From: Gemmatimonadota bacterium
GTDB lineage: Bacteria; Latescibacterota; UBA2968; UBA8231
DNA length: 64,000 nt
Direction of reading: 5' to 3'
Assembly: GCA_009841115.1 (NCBI GenBank)
Contig: VXML01000034.1
Location: 61,593-125,592, forward strand
Shown: piece by piece, positions 1 to 10,750 of the stretch
How positions within the stretch are numbered: the stretch's first letter is position 1
How the letters are laid out: each line of letters starts with the position of its first letter
Program-made: the position numbers and the translations under genes
The notes under the pieces: model-generated
The model's database searches: none
What the model was told of the DNA's origin: nothing
What the model saw: only the letters and a program-made list of their open reading frames with translations

Positions 1-948
1 AGCATCTTCCTCTGCCAAACGCTCCAGAACGACCAACCGATACGCCCGCCCGCGCTCGTGCATCTCCAAGTCGGCCAAGACTTCCAGAGGATAGTCCCCA
101 GCTTCCAAAAGGGCGATGAAGTGATCAAAATCAGCGACTTGCACCACGGCGATTCCACCGGCGCGCAACACTCGAGCCAATTCGGCCAACTCAGCGGCAG
201 GGTTTTCTCCGGCCAAGCTCAACGCGTAATCGAGGTGCTCGCTCACAAAAGGCAGATGATCCAGCGCGGCGATTAGGTGCGCTGGGATACCTACTAGCAG
301 GCGTGGCGCAAACGCCTCTTGTAGTGCGACCAACTCGCGCGGATCGCGGCGCGCCCACAGGACGCATGCCCCCGGCTGCATGGCCACCAAGCGGGCCAAG
401 CAATACGCCACGGCCGCATTCGGCCCTATGCCCTCCCCTAGCCGCAATCCCAACAGGGCACGCCGTCCGGTCAGTTGCAAGTGAAGGCGCAGCAGATGCG
501 GCCCTTTGCTTGGACGCAATCCGTGCTTGTCGCGCAAAATCGCCGCCACGGCTGCGGTTAGCTCGGCCGCATTGAATCGGTACCGGCCTCGCAGCGTCGC
601 GCTCAAGGCAAAAGCGTGGGTGTCAATCGCAGCAGACTGGACCTGAGCGAGGCTTTTGGCCGGAGTCAGATCGCAACGGGCGATGCGTTTGCAGATGTAT
701 TCGAGGCCCGGTCGCCCTACTGTAACGCCGTGCATCTGACTAATTAAACCGGCGCACTGCATGGCCGAGCGCAACTGTAGCAGCCGCCCCGGACTGCGCT
801 TGTATGTAAAGAAAATCTGCCCCACGCGCCCGCCCGGTTCGACGTCGACCTGCTGTATTTCGGGCGCGTACTCGCGCAACTCGTCGAGTGCCACCGCCTC
901 CAACCCGCTCGGCACCGCTATCCAATAGCGATATATCTTGTCGGCCAT
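1..948 (-). CDS. THUMP-domain RNA methyltransferase-like protein (partial; C-terminus runs off the left edge)
   Basis: Absent from the ORF track because it has no stop in the window. Manual reverse-strand translation from the ATG at 948-946 gives an uninterrupted ~316-codon frame (MADKIYRYWIAVPSGLEAVALDELREY...GRLLQLRSAMQC...). This resembles THUMP N-termini of RlmL/Trm14-type enzymes. The ATG overlaps the TAA of the upstream M16 gene by 1 nt. No clear DPxCGSG SAM motif is visible. Confidence 0.5.
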   Translation of the reverse strand, partial: MADKIYRYWIAVPSGLEAVALDELREYAPEIQQVDVEPGGRVGQIFFTYKRSPGRLLQLRSAMQCAGLISQMHGVTVGRPGLEYICKRIARCDLTPAKSLAQVQSAAIDTHAFALSATLRGRYRFNAAELTAAVAAILRDKHGLRPSKGPHLLRLHLQLTGRRALLGLRLGEGIGPNAAVAYCLARLVAMQPGACVLWARRDPRELVALQEAFAPRLLVGIPAHLIAALDHLPFVSEHLDYALSLAGENPAAELAELARVLRAGGIAVVQVADFDHFIALLEAGDYPLEVLADLEMHERGRAYRLVVLERLAEEDA

Positions 949-2231
949 TACTCCACGCGTCCGGTGGGCACAATCTGCATCGCGCTCTGGTGCGCCGGCG
1001 ACAAACAGCTCTCCAACACCTCGAGGATATCGCCGACCCCGATCTGCTCGTGTACGTCAAAATAGACGCTGGGCGTAGCCCCGCTGGCCGCGGCAGAACA
1101 AAGCATATCAGCCACGTCCTCGGCTTGCTCCCACGCACGCAGCAGCAGACCGTAGGCTTTGCGCTTGGCGCGGCCCAAATCCGCGGCCACAATAAGCTCG
1201 TCGAGACTGGCCAATGCGGCACCTATTTCCTCGCACAACCGCTCGCTTTGCTGGGTATATCCGCCCACTGTGCAAAAGCAGAACGTCGGCTCAGCATAGA
1301 CTTCGGCTCCAAAGGCATCGCCGTCGATCAGGCCATCTTCGTAGTGCGCGGCAAAAAAATCGCTCGCTGGCCCCAAGGCAATGTCCAAGGCCAGCTCTAA
1401 GGCCAATTCCCGCAAGAGCAAGTCGCGGCCTGACCGGCCCGCCTTGTCATCGCCGAAAAACAGCAAGGTATAGGGACGGCTGACCGGCAGTGCCAAGGCC
1501 CCGAGCGGCTGCGGAGTGGGCAATACCACGGGGCGTTCCACTCGGTCCCATGCGGAGCGCGGCTGGCTGTACTTTAGCAAAGTGGACTCGACTGCTGCGT
1601 AAGTAGCCTCTACATCGAAATCTCCGCACAAGTACAGCCCCATGTATTCGGGCCGATAAAATACCTCGTGGCAACGAGTTAGCGTATCCTCGTCAATCTG
1701 CTCAATGCTCTCCCGCGTGCCGGCCATGTCCGACGCCAAGGGGCCATTCTGGTACAGCCCTTCAAGGCCGTGTAAAAACCCGATCCACTCCAGGTCGTCG
1801 CAGCTTATCTGTAGCTCGTGGTCAATAATTTCGCGCTCTTGAGCGACGCCATCTGGCAGGACGTGCAGATCCAACGCGAGTTCAAAGAGCAGCGCTAAAT
1901 GGTCGGCAAAATGCTCAATACACGTCAGAGAAAAGACGGTTGAAGTAAAACTGGTGCTGGCGTTTACGTCGCCACCGAGGCGGTTGATTTGCTCGGTGAT
2001 GTCGCCGTAAGGTTTGGCAAAAAGGCGGTGTTCGAGAAAGTGCGCGGTGCCAGCCGGCGTAGTCTGTACCTGTCCGGATTCGCGGGCGCGCAAATGCAGA
2101 TCGACCGAACCGTAGTCTATGTACAGCACGGCCGCTTTTTGCCGACTGCCCGGCCGCGGCACTGCCCATACATCGAGGCCGCCCAAGCGGCTGCGGTACA
2201 CCCCTTCCCCCAATAGCGCATCCGCGATCAC
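948..2231 (-). CDS. M16 (pitrilysin/insulinase) family zinc peptidase, catalytic-type subunit
   Basis: 427-aa ORF with an inverted zinc motif HFLEH (HxxEH) and a downstream EREII glutamate region typical of M16. Confidence 0.8.
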   Translation of the reverse strand: MIADALLGEGVYRSRLGGLDVWAVPRPGSRQKAAVLYIDYGSVDLHLRARESGQVQTTPAGTAHFLEHRLFAKPYGDITEQINRLGGDVNASTSFTSTVFSLTCIEHFADHLALLFELALDLHVLPDGVAQEREIIDHELQISCDDLEWIGFLHGLEGLYQNGPLASDMAGTRESIEQIDEDTLTRCHEVFYRPEYMGLYLCGDFDVEATYAAVESTLLKYSQPRSAWDRVERPVVLPTPQPLGALALPVSRPYTLLFFGDDKAGRSGRDLLLRELALELALDIALGPASDFFAAHYEDGLIDGDAFGAEVYAEPTFCFCTVGGYTQQSERLCEEIGAALASLDELIVAADLGRAKRKAYGLLLRAWEQAEDVADMLCSAAASGATPSVYFDVHEQIGVGDILEVLESCLSPAHQSAMQIVPTGRVE

Positions 2232-2235
2232 GTTC

Positions 2236-3507
2236 TCACGTCCCGTGCAATAAAAAGGCCGTGTCTGCTACAATGCCACCGGCCACGCGGGTTAGGTCCT
2301 CGACGCCGACTTGCTCGATGCGCTGCCATAGCGTTTCCGGGGACTGGCTGCCCCCTATCAGTCCCTCCCGCAATTGATAGCGAAAAAAGCCCTCGCGGGC
2401 TTCGGCCAACCCCAACAGCCGCGCTCGCAACAAGTGACGAGCCGCTTCGATTTCGCGGCAATCAAAGGCCCCTGCGCGCAGCGACTGGAGCTCCTGTTCC
2501 ACCTTATCCCGAACTTCGGAGTATGCGGCAGCCTCAATGCCCGCGGCTACAAAGAGCAGGCCGCTCAATGCCTCGATATGCGATGCGATGTAGTAGCACA
2601 AGCCTTCCTCTTCGCGGAGGTGCTTGAACAGCCGCGATGGACCATCGCCACCCAGTATCAGGTTTAGGAGCGCCAAAGCCGGATAGTCGTCTGTGCCGTC
2701 CGCGCCATAAGCAACTTGCGTGCGATAGCCCAACACTACTTTGGCCTCTCGCACCGCTTGGCATTCAAAAACCTCGCGCCGCGGCCCAGCACGGCGCGGG
2801 TGCCGTGGCGGGGAGTGGGCCTGGTTTGCCGCGCGCTCCCAAGTAAAGAGCGACTCCATCAAGGGCTGAATCTGCTCCAAGCTCAGGTCGCCGCTTACGA
2901 AGAGGTCTAGGCGGTCGGCAGTAGTCCGCTCGCGGTGGAAAGCCCACAGTTCGTCGGCCTGCACAGCGGCAAAGTCCGCGGGGTTGCCCAGCGGAGATAG
3001 GCCCGTGGGTTCGCCCCGGCACATCTCTTCGCTGCATCGCCTTTGTGCGTAGCCTAGTTTGTCGTTGAAACCATCGGCGATTTGCCGCGTGAGGTGGTTC
3101 TTTTCTCGCTCTAGATAGTCGCGTTGGAATCCACTACCATCGCGCAAGACGTCGCGGAGAAAGGTCAGACCGCGTTCCAATATCCCTTTCTCCCCTAAGG
3201 AGTTTTCATCGATGACCTCTATGCACAAATGAATAACCTGATGCTCCCCCAAGCGATCAACTTGCACCGAGTAATGCGCTCCGTAGAGGTCGTCGATAAA
3301 GCGGTTGAGGCTCTGTACATCGGGCAGCTTGTGAGTACCCCGAGCCAGCAGTCGGCTGCTCAGGGCCACCAGTGAATGTCGCGGCGCACACAATGGCGTG
3401 CTCAGGCACACATCCACCCGGATCGTCTTGTACAGCCCAATGCTGTGCAGATGCAAATAAACGCTGTCCGCGAGTTGGACGCGGGTGAATTCACCGGCGG
3501 TGTGCAT
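2236..3507 (-). CDS. M16 family peptidase-like protein, probably the non-catalytic partner
   Basis: The track ORF 2236..3816 is trimmed to the internal ATG at 3507 (MHTAGEFTRVQL...), because the extension overlaps trmJ and is Arg/Pro/Ser-rich. It has M16-like architecture but no HxxEH motif. It lies 4 nt upstream of the catalytic-type M16 gene. Confidence 0.7.
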   Translation of the reverse strand: MHTAGEFTRVQLADSVYLHLHSIGLYKTIRVDVCLSTPLCAPRHSLVALSSRLLARGTHKLPDVQSLNRFIDDLYGAHYSVQVDRLGEHQVIHLCIEVIDENSLGEKGILERGLTFLRDVLRDGSGFQRDYLEREKNHLTRQIADGFNDKLGYAQRRCSEEMCRGEPTGLSPLGNPADFAAVQADELWAFHRERTTADRLDLFVSGDLSLEQIQPLMESLFTWERAANQAHSPPRHPRRAGPRREVFECQAVREAKVVLGYRTQVAYGADGTDDYPALALLNLILGGDGPSRLFKHLREEEGLCYYIASHIEALSGLLFVAAGIEAAAYSEVRDKVEQELQSLRAGAFDCREIEAARHLLRARLLGLAEAREGFFRYQLREGLIGGSQSPETLWQRIEQVGVEDLTRVAGGIVADTAFLLHGT

Positions 3508-3547
3508 TGGCGCGCTGGGTCTTTCTTGGTTTAGTTTGGCCAGCCGC

Positions 3548-4300
3548 ATGAATCCTCTCGACAACATTCGCGTTGTGCTCGTCGAGCCGGCGACGCCCGG
3601 CAATATCGGCGCTACGGCCCGCGTGCTCAAAACCACGGGTATAAGCCAGTTGGCCTTGGTCAATCCCGGAGCGTGGGATACACCGGAAGCCCGTACCTTT
3701 GCCCACGGCGCAGGCGATATTCTCGACGGTAGCCAAATCTTCCCCAGCCTCGCCGTGGCCGTAGCCGATTGCCACATCGTCGTCGGCACCACCCATCGGC
3801 AGGGCCGCTTCCGCACGGTTACTTCCGCACCGGGACCCCTGATTGACCAACTAGCCTCTCAAGTACATCACCGCCGCATCGCCCTTGTGTTCGGGCGCGA
3901 AAGGGACGGCTTGTGGCATGAGGAACTCGCGCTCTGTCACCAAGTGTTGAGATTCCCCACGGCCACAGCCTATCCCTCCCTCAACCTCTCCCACGCTGTG
4001 CTCCTGTTCACCTACGGCCTGTATGCGGCGGTGAGCGCACAGCCGCCGGACCCGCCTGTGCAACTAGCTACGGCTGACGAGCGCGAGCGCATGTTCGCGC
4101 AGATCCTGCAAGCCCTTGCCGAGATAGAGTTTACCCCGTACAACAACAAGCCGGATCACTTCGGCCGCGTGCTGCGCCGCTTCTTTAACAAGGTCGATTT
4201 GGAAGTTCGCGATGTGCGGGCGATTCAGACGATGTGCGGCCAGATCCGCAAGTTCAGCCGCCGCTATCGCCGCAGTGCCGGGCGTACTGAGGCCGACTGA
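3548..4300 (+). CDS. trmJ: SpoU/TrmH-class tRNA (cytidine/uridine-2'-O)-methyltransferase TrmJ
   Basis: Start trimmed to [31 protein letters not shown]. This is the characteristic TrmJ N-terminus, and a SPOUT C-terminal region (SLNLSHAV) is present. Confidence 0.75.
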   Translation: MNPLDNIRVVLVEPATPGNIGATARVLKTTGISQLALVNPGAWDTPEARTFAHGAGDILDGSQIFPSLAVAVADCHIVVGTTHRQGRFRTVTSAPGPLIDQLASQVHHRRIALVFGRERDGLWHEELALCHQVLRFPTATAYPSLNLSHAVLLFTYGLYAAVSAQPPDPPVQLATADERERMFAQILQALAEIEFTPYNNKPDHFGRVLRRFFNKVDLEVRDVRAIQTMCGQIRKFSRRYRRSAGRTEAD

Positions 4301-5262
4301 TGGGCCACCTGCTCCAAGTCCCAGTCAACCATCTGCCGGACCATTTCCTCAAAGCCGACCTCGGGTTCCCAACCTAATTTTTCCCGCGCCTTAGTCGCAT
4401 CGCCCAATAGGGTATGCACCTCGGCGGGACGCAAAAAGCGCTCATCCAAGACCACGTATTGCCGCCAGTTCAAGCCAGCGTGGGCAAAGGCGACCTCGCA
4501 GAATTCGCCGATGGTGCGGGAGGTGCCCGTGGCGATGACGTAATCGTCGGGTTCGTCCTGCTGGAGCATCATCCACATCGCGCGAACAAAGTCGCCCGCA
4601 TAGCCCCAATCGCGGCGGGGAGTTAGGTCGCCGAGGCGCAGCTCTTGGTCCAGCCCGTGTTTGATGCGGGCCACGCCGTGCGTGATTTTGCGGGTGACGA
4701 ATTCACGCCCGCGGCGCGGCGACTCGTGATTGAAGAGAATGCCCGTGCAGGCGAACATACCGTAGCTTTCGCGGTAGTTGATGGTGATCCAATGCGCGTA
4801 CAACTTGGACACCCCATAGGGTGAACGCGGATAAAAGGCCGTTTGCTCGTTCTGCGGCGTCTCTTGCACCTTGCCGAACAACTCGCTGGTGCTGGCTTGG
4901 TAAAAGCGAATGTTCTCGTCGCAGACGCGGATAGCTTCCAAAAGCCGCGTCACGCCCAAGCCGGTGATCTCGCCGGTCAACATGGGTTGCTCCCAAGAGA
5001 CCGGTATAAAGGATTGGGCACCTAGGTTATACACTTCCTGCGGCCGCGCGGCCTGCAGCGCCGAAACCAACGACTTCTGATCTAACAGATCGCCGGAGAT
5101 CAGCTCGATTTGGTCCTGCAAATGGCTGATCCGTTCGAAATTGACCGTGCTGCTGCGTCGCACCAGCCCGAAAACCTCATAGTCCTTTTCTAGCAGCAAT
5201 TCGGCCAAGTACGAACCGTCTTGCCCGGTAATACCAGTGATTAAAGCGCGCTTCTGGCTCAT
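4264..5262 (-). CDS. gmd: GDP-mannose 4,6-dehydratase
   Basis: [24 protein letters not shown] Rossmann motif, YxxxK ([10 protein letters not shown]), and full-length SDR-extended Gmd architecture. Its 3' end overlaps the convergent trmJ by 37 nt. Confidence 0.9.
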   Translation of the reverse strand: MSQKRALITGITGQDGSYLAELLLEKDYEVFGLVRRSSTVNFERISHLQDQIELISGDLLDQKSLVSALQAARPQEVYNLGAQSFIPVSWEQPMLTGEITGLGVTRLLEAIRVCDENIRFYQASTSELFGKVQETPQNEQTAFYPRSPYGVSKLYAHWITINYRESYGMFACTGILFNHESPRRGREFVTRKITHGVARIKHGLDQELRLGDLTPRRDWGYAGDFVRAMWMMLQQDEPDDYVIATGTSRTIGEFCEVAFAHAGLNWRQYVVLDERFLRPAEVHTLLGDATKAREKLGWEPEVGFEEMVRQMVDWDLEQVAHQSASVRPALRR

Positions 5263-5263
5263 T

Positions 5264-8116
5264 TCATTCCTCTTGAGAATATGCCTCTATAGGCGGACAG
5301 GAACAGATCAGGTTGCGGTCGCCCTGCGCGTCGTTCAGTCTCCCGACGGCTGGCCAGAACTTGCGCTCCAACAGCCAAGGGGCCGGCAGGGCGGCAACGG
5401 TTCTAGAATAAGGCCGATCCCACTCGGTGGCCAGCACGACATCCATCGGGTGCGGTGCGTGGACGAGAGGGTTGTTGGCGCGGTCTATTTCCCCGGCAGC
5501 TATTTGCTGGATTTCGCCGCCAATGGCGATCATGGCCTCACAAAATCGGTCCAATTCGGCCTTGGACTCGCTTTCGGTAGGTTCGACCATCAGAGTCCCG
5601 ACGACCGGGAAGGATACCGTAGGCGCGTGGAACCCGTAGTCCATCAAGCGTTTAGCCACGTCTTCTACGCCAATGCCGTGTTCCCGCGCCCAGCGCAGGT
5701 CGAGGATGCACTCGTGGGCCACGCGTCCATTATGCCCTTTGTATAGCACGGGAAAGGAGTCTGCCAAGCGACTGCTCAGATAATTGGCATTGAGGATCGC
5801 CACCTGTGTCGCTTCGGTGAGGCCCACGCGCCCCATCAGCCGCAAGTACGCCCAAGATATGAGCAAAATCGAGGCACTGCCCCACGGAGCGGCCGCAATG
5901 GGACCAATCGACTCAACCCCGCCGGTGTGGACGAGAGGATGCGAGGGCAAAAACTCCACCAAGTGCTCGGCCACGGCAATAGGCCCCATCCCCGGGCCGC
6001 CTCCACCATGGGGAATGCAAAAGGTCTTGTGCAAATTCAAATGGCACACGTCAATGCCGATTTCCCCAGGCCGGCACAATCCGACCAAGGCATTCATATT
6101 GGCACCATCCATATAGACCTGACCACCCGCTTGGTGGACGACCGCGCAGATCTCGCCGATGGCCTCTTCAAATACCCCGTGGGTCGATGGATACGTCACC
6201 ATCAGAGCGGCCAACCTCTCGCGGTGTGTGTCGGCTTTCGCCCGCAAATCCGCCAAGTCGATGTTGCCGTCCGCATCACAGGCGACGACGACCACGTCCA
6301 AGCCGGCCATAGCCGCGCTAGCTGGGTTCGTTCCATGAGCCGAGGCCGGAATGAGGCAGACGTTGCGCAGGGCTTCGCCGCGCTTCTGGTGGTATTTGCG
6401 CACGATGAGGAGGCCGGCGTATTCGCCCTGCGAACCCGCGTTGGGTTGCAGCGAAACGCCCTTGAGGCCGGTGATTTCGCGCAGCATGTCCTCCATTTCG
6501 GCGAAAATTACCGCGTACCCTTGGGCCTGCTCTACGGGCGCAAACGGATGCAGGCCAGCAAATTCGGGCCACGTAATCGCCATCATTTCCGCGGTCGCAT
6601 TGAGCTTCATGGTACACGAGCCGAGGGGAATCATCGCGTGGATCAAGGACAGATCCTTGGCTTCGAGCCGGCGCATGTAGCGCATCATCTCAGTCTCGGA
6701 GTGATGCGATGCAAAGACGGGATGCTCCATGAAACGCGAGTGGCGGACGTGATCTGGCCCCCAAGCAGGCCCCTCATCGACTTCGGTGGACAACTTGCCG
6801 CCCAGTAAGGTGAGGATGGCTTGTAAATCGGCCTTGTCGGTCGTTTCGTCGAGGGCAATGCCCCAGTGTCCGGCCCCCAGATCGCGGAAGTTCATCCCCT
6901 CGGCCCGCGCCTCCGCCAATAGCGCATCTCCCTGTGCCCCCACTTCAACGCGCAGTGTGTCGAAGTACTGATCGTGGACGATTCGATAGCCGGCTTTCTC
7001 TATCCCCCGGGCGAGCACCCGCGCCTGACGGTGTATGCGACGGGCTATCCGCTGCAACCGCTCTGGCCCGTGATAGACCGCGTACATGCTCGCCACCACG
7101 GCTGGTAAGACCTCGGCTGTGCAGATGTTGCTCGTCGCCCGTTCTCGTTTGATGTGCTGTTCGCGGGTTTGCAGGGCCATGCGCAGGGCGGGCTGGCCAC
7201 GGACGTCCTCAGAGACGCCAATGATGCGCCCAGGCACTTGCCGCTGATACTCGGATCTCGTCGCCAAAAAGGCTGCGTGCGGGCCACCGTACCCCATTGG
7301 CATACCAAAGCGCTGCGCGCTCCCGATGGCCACATCAGCCCCAAACTCTCCCGGGGGTCGCAGCAAACACAGGGCGAGCAAATCGACGGCCACGCACACG
7401 AGTGTCTGATGGGAGTGAGCCTGAGCGCAGAAGTCCGCGTAGTCGTATAGCGCACCATCTGAGGCTGGGTACTGGAGCAGAGCGGCAAAGGCCCCAGCCG
7501 CAAAATCGTATTCGCGGTGATCGCCTACTACAACCTCCCACCCCCGCGACTCGGCCCGGACCTTGACCACTGCTATGGTTTGTGGATGGCAGGCCGACGA
7601 GACAAAGACGCGCTGGCTGGCGTTTTTCTTTTGTACCGCCCGTAGCATGGCGATGGCTTCGGCCGCGGCCGTGGCTTCGTCCAACAAAGAGGCATTGGCT
7701 AGGGCAAAACCCGTCAGGTCGCCAACCATAGTTTGGAAGTTGAGCAGAGCCTCTAGCCGCCCTTGGGCGATTTCGGACTGGTAGGGCGTGTATTGGGTGT
7801 ACCAGCCTGGATTCTCCAATATGTTGCGCTGGATCACCGGAGGGGTTATGCAGTCTGAGTAACCCATGCCGATAAAACTGCGGTGTATGCGATTATGGCC
7901 GGCTAATTCGCGCAATCGCCCCATCAGTTCGTACTCACTGATACCTTCTCCCAGCGCCAAGGGACCCTGCATGCGAATCGCCGCCGGCAGGGACTCGGCC
8001 ATGAGGTCGTCCAAGCTGTCGGCTCCCACCGCCGCGAGCATGGCGATTATATCCGCGTCCGTAGGGCCGATGTGTCGGCGGACAAAAGCATCGCTAGGTC
8101 CAAATTCGTCGCCCAT
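5264..8116 (-). CDS. gcvP: Glycine dehydrogenase (decarboxylating), single-chain P-protein
   Basis: 950-aa ORF with conserved GcvP blocks ([35 protein letters not shown] with the PLP lysine). Confidence 0.95.
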   Translation of the reverse strand: MGDEFGPSDAFVRRHIGPTDADIIAMLAAVGADSLDDLMAESLPAAIRMQGPLALGEGISEYELMGRLRELAGHNRIHRSFIGMGYSDCITPPVIQRNILENPGWYTQYTPYQSEIAQGRLEALLNFQTMVGDLTGFALANASLLDEATAAAEAIAMLRAVQKKNASQRVFVSSACHPQTIAVVKVRAESRGWEVVVGDHREYDFAAGAFAALLQYPASDGALYDYADFCAQAHSHQTLVCVAVDLLALCLLRPPGEFGADVAIGSAQRFGMPMGYGGPHAAFLATRSEYQRQVPGRIIGVSEDVRGQPALRMALQTREQHIKRERATSNICTAEVLPAVVASMYAVYHGPERLQRIARRIHRQARVLARGIEKAGYRIVHDQYFDTLRVEVGAQGDALLAEARAEGMNFRDLGAGHWGIALDETTDKADLQAILTLLGGKLSTEVDEGPAWGPDHVRHSRFMEHPVFASHHSETEMMRYMRRLEAKDLSLIHAMIPLGSCTMKLNATAEMMAITWPEFAGLHPFAPVEQAQGYAVIFAEMEDMLREITGLKGVSLQPNAGSQGEYAGLLIVRKYHQKRGEALRNVCLIPASAHGTNPASAAMAGLDVVVVACDADGNIDLADLRAKADTHRERLAALMVTYPSTHGVFEEAIGEICAVVHQAGGQVYMDGANMNALVGLCRPGEIGIDVCHLNLHKTFCIPHGGGGPGMGPIAVAEHLVEFLPSHPLVHTGGVESIGPIAAAPWGSASILLISWAYLRLMGRVGLTEATQVAILNANYLSSRLADSFPVLYKGHNGRVAHECILDLRWAREHGIGVEDVAKRLMDYGFHAPTVSFPVVGTLMVEPTESESKAELDRFCEAMIAIGGEIQQIAAGEIDRANNPLVHAPHPMDVVLATEWDRPYSRTVAALPAPWLLERKFWPAVGRLNDAQGDRNLICSCPPIEAYSQEE

Positions 8117-8128
8117 GTACCTCCGTTT

Positions 8129-8175
8129 ACTGCCTAAAGGCAGCGATTAAAGCGTTGCACTGCCTAAAGGCAGCG
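8129..8175 (-). repeat. Two perfect 17-nt direct repeats, each a small hairpin, in the gcvT-gcvP intercistronic spacer
   Basis: ACTGCCTAAAGGCAGCG occurs at 8129-8145 and again at 8159-8175. Each copy contains CTGCC-TAAA-GGCAG. GTTGCA/TGCAAC flank the second copy. The repeats lie just upstream of the gcvP Shine-Dalgarno sequence (GGAGGTACATG on the minus strand). Confidence 0.7.
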
Positions 8176-8186
8176 GTTGCAACATT

Positions 8187-9296
8187 TTAGTCTTTTTTAA
8201 TAGATGAAGGCACAAAGGGCAGCTTGGCCACCTCAGCGGGTTGCCGCTTACCCTTCATGTCAATGTACACTTGAGTGCCTATTTTTTGCGCGCTGCGCTG
8301 TAAATAGGCTAGCCCTATCCCCTCGCCAAGCACCGGCGAATGCGTCCCACTGGTCACGGTACCCACCTGCTCCCCGCGCTGGTCGAAAATCGGATAATCC
8401 GGCCGCGGAATGCCCCTCTCCAACATGCGGAAGCCGCGCAAACGGCGATAGCCTCCGGCCGCTCGCTGTGCCCGTAGCGCCTCGGCCCCGACAAAATTCG
8501 CCTCTTTTTCCAGGTCCAAGGTCCAAGACAAACCCGCCTCTAAGGGAGTCGTCTGCTCGTCCAATTCACGACCATAGAGACAAAACCCCATTTCAAGGCG
8601 CAAGGTGTCGCGCGCGCCTAGCCCGCAAGGCTGAGCACCGGCTGCGCGGAGTTTGGCCCACAACTCGGCGACTTGGCCGGCCGGACACATGATCTCAAAC
8701 CCGTCTTCGCCGGTATAGCCATTGCGGCTGAGCAAGGCTCGTATCCCGGCGATCTCCATCATCGCGCAGCGATAATACCCTAGCGACACGCTAGCCGGCC
8801 CAGCGAGTGCTGCGACTAGGGCGGCGGCCTGCGGCCCCTGCACCGCTACCATGCCCTGTCCATCGCTCAAGTCCTCGATTTGCACATCCGACCACCCCGC
8901 TGCGCACGCAGTAATCCACTGCCAGTCAGTTGCCTTACGGCTCGCGTTGACCACCAAGAGATACTCCTGCAGTGCAAGCCGGTACACCACTAGATCGTCC
9001 ACGCATCCCCCCTGTTCATTGCACAGCGGCGCGTAGAGCATCTGGCCGATGGTCAATTCGCGTAGCCTCGCTGGCAAGAGGCTGTCGAGGAACCCCAGCC
9101 CATGCTCCCCGGAAACGGCGATTCGACCCATGTGCGAGATGTCGAACAGCCCGACCTCTCGGCGCACTGTCCAGTGTTCGCTGCGAATCCCCTCGAACTG
9201 GACCGGCATTTCCCACCCGCCAAAGGGTGCCATGCGCCCGCCTTCGGCCACGGCGACCTCATAGAGCGGCGTCCGTTGCAAACGCTCATTTGTCAT
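8187..9296 (-). CDS. gcvT: Glycine cleavage system aminomethyltransferase T-protein
   Basis: 369-aa ORF. RTPLYE...GWEMPVQF...VGLFDISHMG are hallmark GcvT blocks. Confidence 0.9.
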   Translation of the reverse strand: MTNERLQRTPLYEVAVAEGGRMAPFGGWEMPVQFEGIRSEHWTVRREVGLFDISHMGRIAVSGEHGLGFLDSLLPARLRELTIGQMLYAPLCNEQGGCVDDLVVYRLALQEYLLVVNASRKATDWQWITACAAGWSDVQIEDLSDGQGMVAVQGPQAAALVAALAGPASVSLGYYRCAMMEIAGIRALLSRNGYTGEDGFEIMCPAGQVAELWAKLRAAGAQPCGLGARDTLRLEMGFCLYGRELDEQTTPLEAGLSWTLDLEKEANFVGAEALRAQRAAGGYRRLRGFRMLERGIPRPDYPIFDQRGEQVGTVTSGTHSPVLGEGIGLAYLQRSAQKIGTQVYIDMKGKRQPAEVAKLPFVPSSIKKD

Positions 9297-9936
9297 AGTT
9301 GCCTCTTCCCTGCGCGGCGCTGACTAACTCGGCCCACAGTGTTTTCGCCTGCGCGGCGAGCGCGGCCAAGCCCTTGTTATTGTCGATGACAAAGTCGGCG
9401 CGGGCCTTTTTTTCTTGCGGATCCATCTGGCGCGCCAGCCGCTGCCTGATCTCGCACACTGGCAAGCCGCTGCGCTGCTGCACCCTCGACACACACTGCT
9501 CCTCCTCAGCATCGACCACTACGATCCGGTCAAAGTTCCCCTCATTTCCCCACTCGTATATCAGCGGCGCGTCAAATACCACGACTCCACCAGCGGCCTC
9601 TTCCACAGCCTGCGCCAGCCGGCGCTCTATGGCCTCTGATAGTGGGGGTCGCATGATCGCCTCTAACCGCTGCCTCGCCTCGTCCGACCGCAGGGCGCGC
9701 CGTCCCAACTCTTGGCGGTTCAAGTACCCGTCCGGGCCAAGCAAGTCGTGGCCGAATGCTGCTTGTAGATGCTCTATCACCGCTGGGATTGCCGCTACTT
9801 CGCGGGCTACTTCATCGGCATCGACCCGCAGTGCGCCTAACTCGGCGAGCATTTGCGCTAGTGCGGACTTGCCTGCCCCCATACCGCCGGTAATGCCTAC
9901 AAGCACGCGTTCCTGTGGCCAGCTAGGCCCAAACAA
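9286..9936 (-). CDS. coaE: Dephospho-CoA kinase
   Basis: P-loop VGITGGMGAGKSA near the N-terminus, ~200 aa, CoaE-like layout. Overlaps the gcvT start by 11 nt. Confidence 0.8.
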   Translation of the reverse strand: MFGPSWPQERVLVGITGGMGAGKSALAQMLAELGALRVDADEVAREVAAIPAVIEHLQAAFGHDLLGPDGYLNRQELGRRALRSDEARQRLEAIMRPPLSEAIERRLAQAVEEAAGGVVVFDAPLIYEWGNEGNFDRIVVVDAEEEQCVSRVQQRSGLPVCEIRQRLARQMDPQEKKARADFVIDNNKGLAALAAQAKTLWAELVSAAQGRGNYDK

Positions 9937-10071
9937 TAGAATCCAAAAAATCGTAACACTATGCCCTGCAATTTATTAAGGGCTTTACTTTCGACAAACG
10001 ACGACACGCTGTGAGCAGGTAAAATTTACCGAGCTAACCCAATATGGTCAACCAACCTGAGCGATGTTCCA

Positions 10072-10100
10072 TTGACACTATATTGGGCATCGCCTATAGT
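10072..10100 (+). promoter_or_regulatory. Candidate sigma-70 promoter for clpP
   Basis: TTGACA (10072-10077), a 17-nt spacer, then TATAGT (10095-10100), about 45 nt upstream of the clpP ATG. Confidence 0.5.
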
Positions 10101-10144
10101 CCATTAACCAGCAAATAGACTCTCTTCTAACGACAGAATAGCAC

Positions 10145-10750
10145 ATGGCCATCGTACCTGTAGTAATCGAACAGACCGGCCGCGGCGAGCGCGCCTACGA
10201 CATTTTCTCTCGCCTCCTCAAGGAGCGAATAATCTTTATCAGCACTCCGATCGACGACCACGAAGCCAACCTCGTCATCGCCCAGTTGCTCTTTCTGACC
10301 TCAGAAGATCCCAAGAAAGACATCTCGCTCTACATCAACAGCCCCGGCGGCAGCCTCACGGCCGGCTTGGCCATCTACGATACCATGAAGTACGTCCCCT
10401 GCGATGTAGCGACGCTCTGCATCGGCCAAGCGTACAGCATGAGCGCAATTCTCCTTGCTGGCGGGACCAAGGGCAAGCGCCACGCCCTCGCCCATTCTCG
10501 GCTCATGCTGCACCAGCCTTGGGGTGGCGTCCGCGGCCAAGCGGCTGATATCGAAATCCACGCCCGCGAAATCGTCGAGTGGCGCGACCGGCTCAACCAG
10601 ATCTTAGTCCAAGATACCGGCCAGCCGCTCGAGCGCATCGAGCTAGTCACCGAACGCGATTACTTTCTGTCGCCCGCAGAGGCAATCGACTTCGGCCTGA
10701 TTGACGGGCTACTGGCGTCCGAAAAAGAGCTAGCAGCTCTCGTCGACTAA
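10145..10750 (+). CDS. clpP: ATP-dependent Clp protease proteolytic subunit
   Basis: [28 protein letters not shown] and the catalytic Ser context [14 protein letters not shown]. Confidence 0.95.
   Translation: MAIVPVVIEQTGRGERAYDIFSRLLKERIIFISTPIDDHEANLVIAQLLFLTSEDPKKDISLYINSPGGSLTAGLAIYDTMKYVPCDVATLCIGQAYSMSAILLAGGTKGKRHALAHSRLMLHQPWGGVRGQAADIEIHAREIVEWRDRLNQILVQDTGQPLERIELVTERDYFLSPAEAIDFGLIDGLLASEKELAALVD

Noticed and set aside
740-1400. ORFs at 740..1222 (-) and 888..1400 (+) near the left end
   Set aside because: They overlap the M16 peptidase gene and the manually recovered THUMP frame. Their composition is Arg/Pro/Ala-biased.
3508-3816. N-terminal 103-aa extension of the second M16 ORF
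   Set aside because: It overlaps the trmJ coding region on the opposite strand and looks non-protein-like. The internal ATG at 3507 gives a normal-length M16-like protein.
4264-4300. 37-nt convergent overlap of the trmJ and gmd 3' ends
   Set aside because: Both ORFs are well supported, and a short convergent overlap is not unusual in compact genomes. No additional signal was seen.
5927-6808. 293-aa plus-strand ORF, with several shorter ones, inside gcvP
   Set aside because: It is antisense to an unambiguous 950-aa GcvP ORF and has no recognisable domains.
9297-9400. Searched for a glycine riboswitch upstream of gcvT
   Set aside because: The gcvT start is overlapped by the 3' end of coaE, so there is no leader in which a riboswitch could sit.
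9299-9979. 226-aa plus-strand ORF antisense to coaE
   Set aside because: It is low-complexity (Ser/Ala/Arg-rich) and mirrors the coaE frame, while coaE itself has a clear P-loop.
10037-10090. Inverted repeat CCCAATAT...ATATTGGG overlapping the clpP promoter as a possible operator (CIRCE/CtsR-like)
   Set aside because: Only 8 bp are perfectly complementary, with a ~36-nt spacer. It does not match CIRCE or CtsR consensus sequences as far as I can tell and could be chance.
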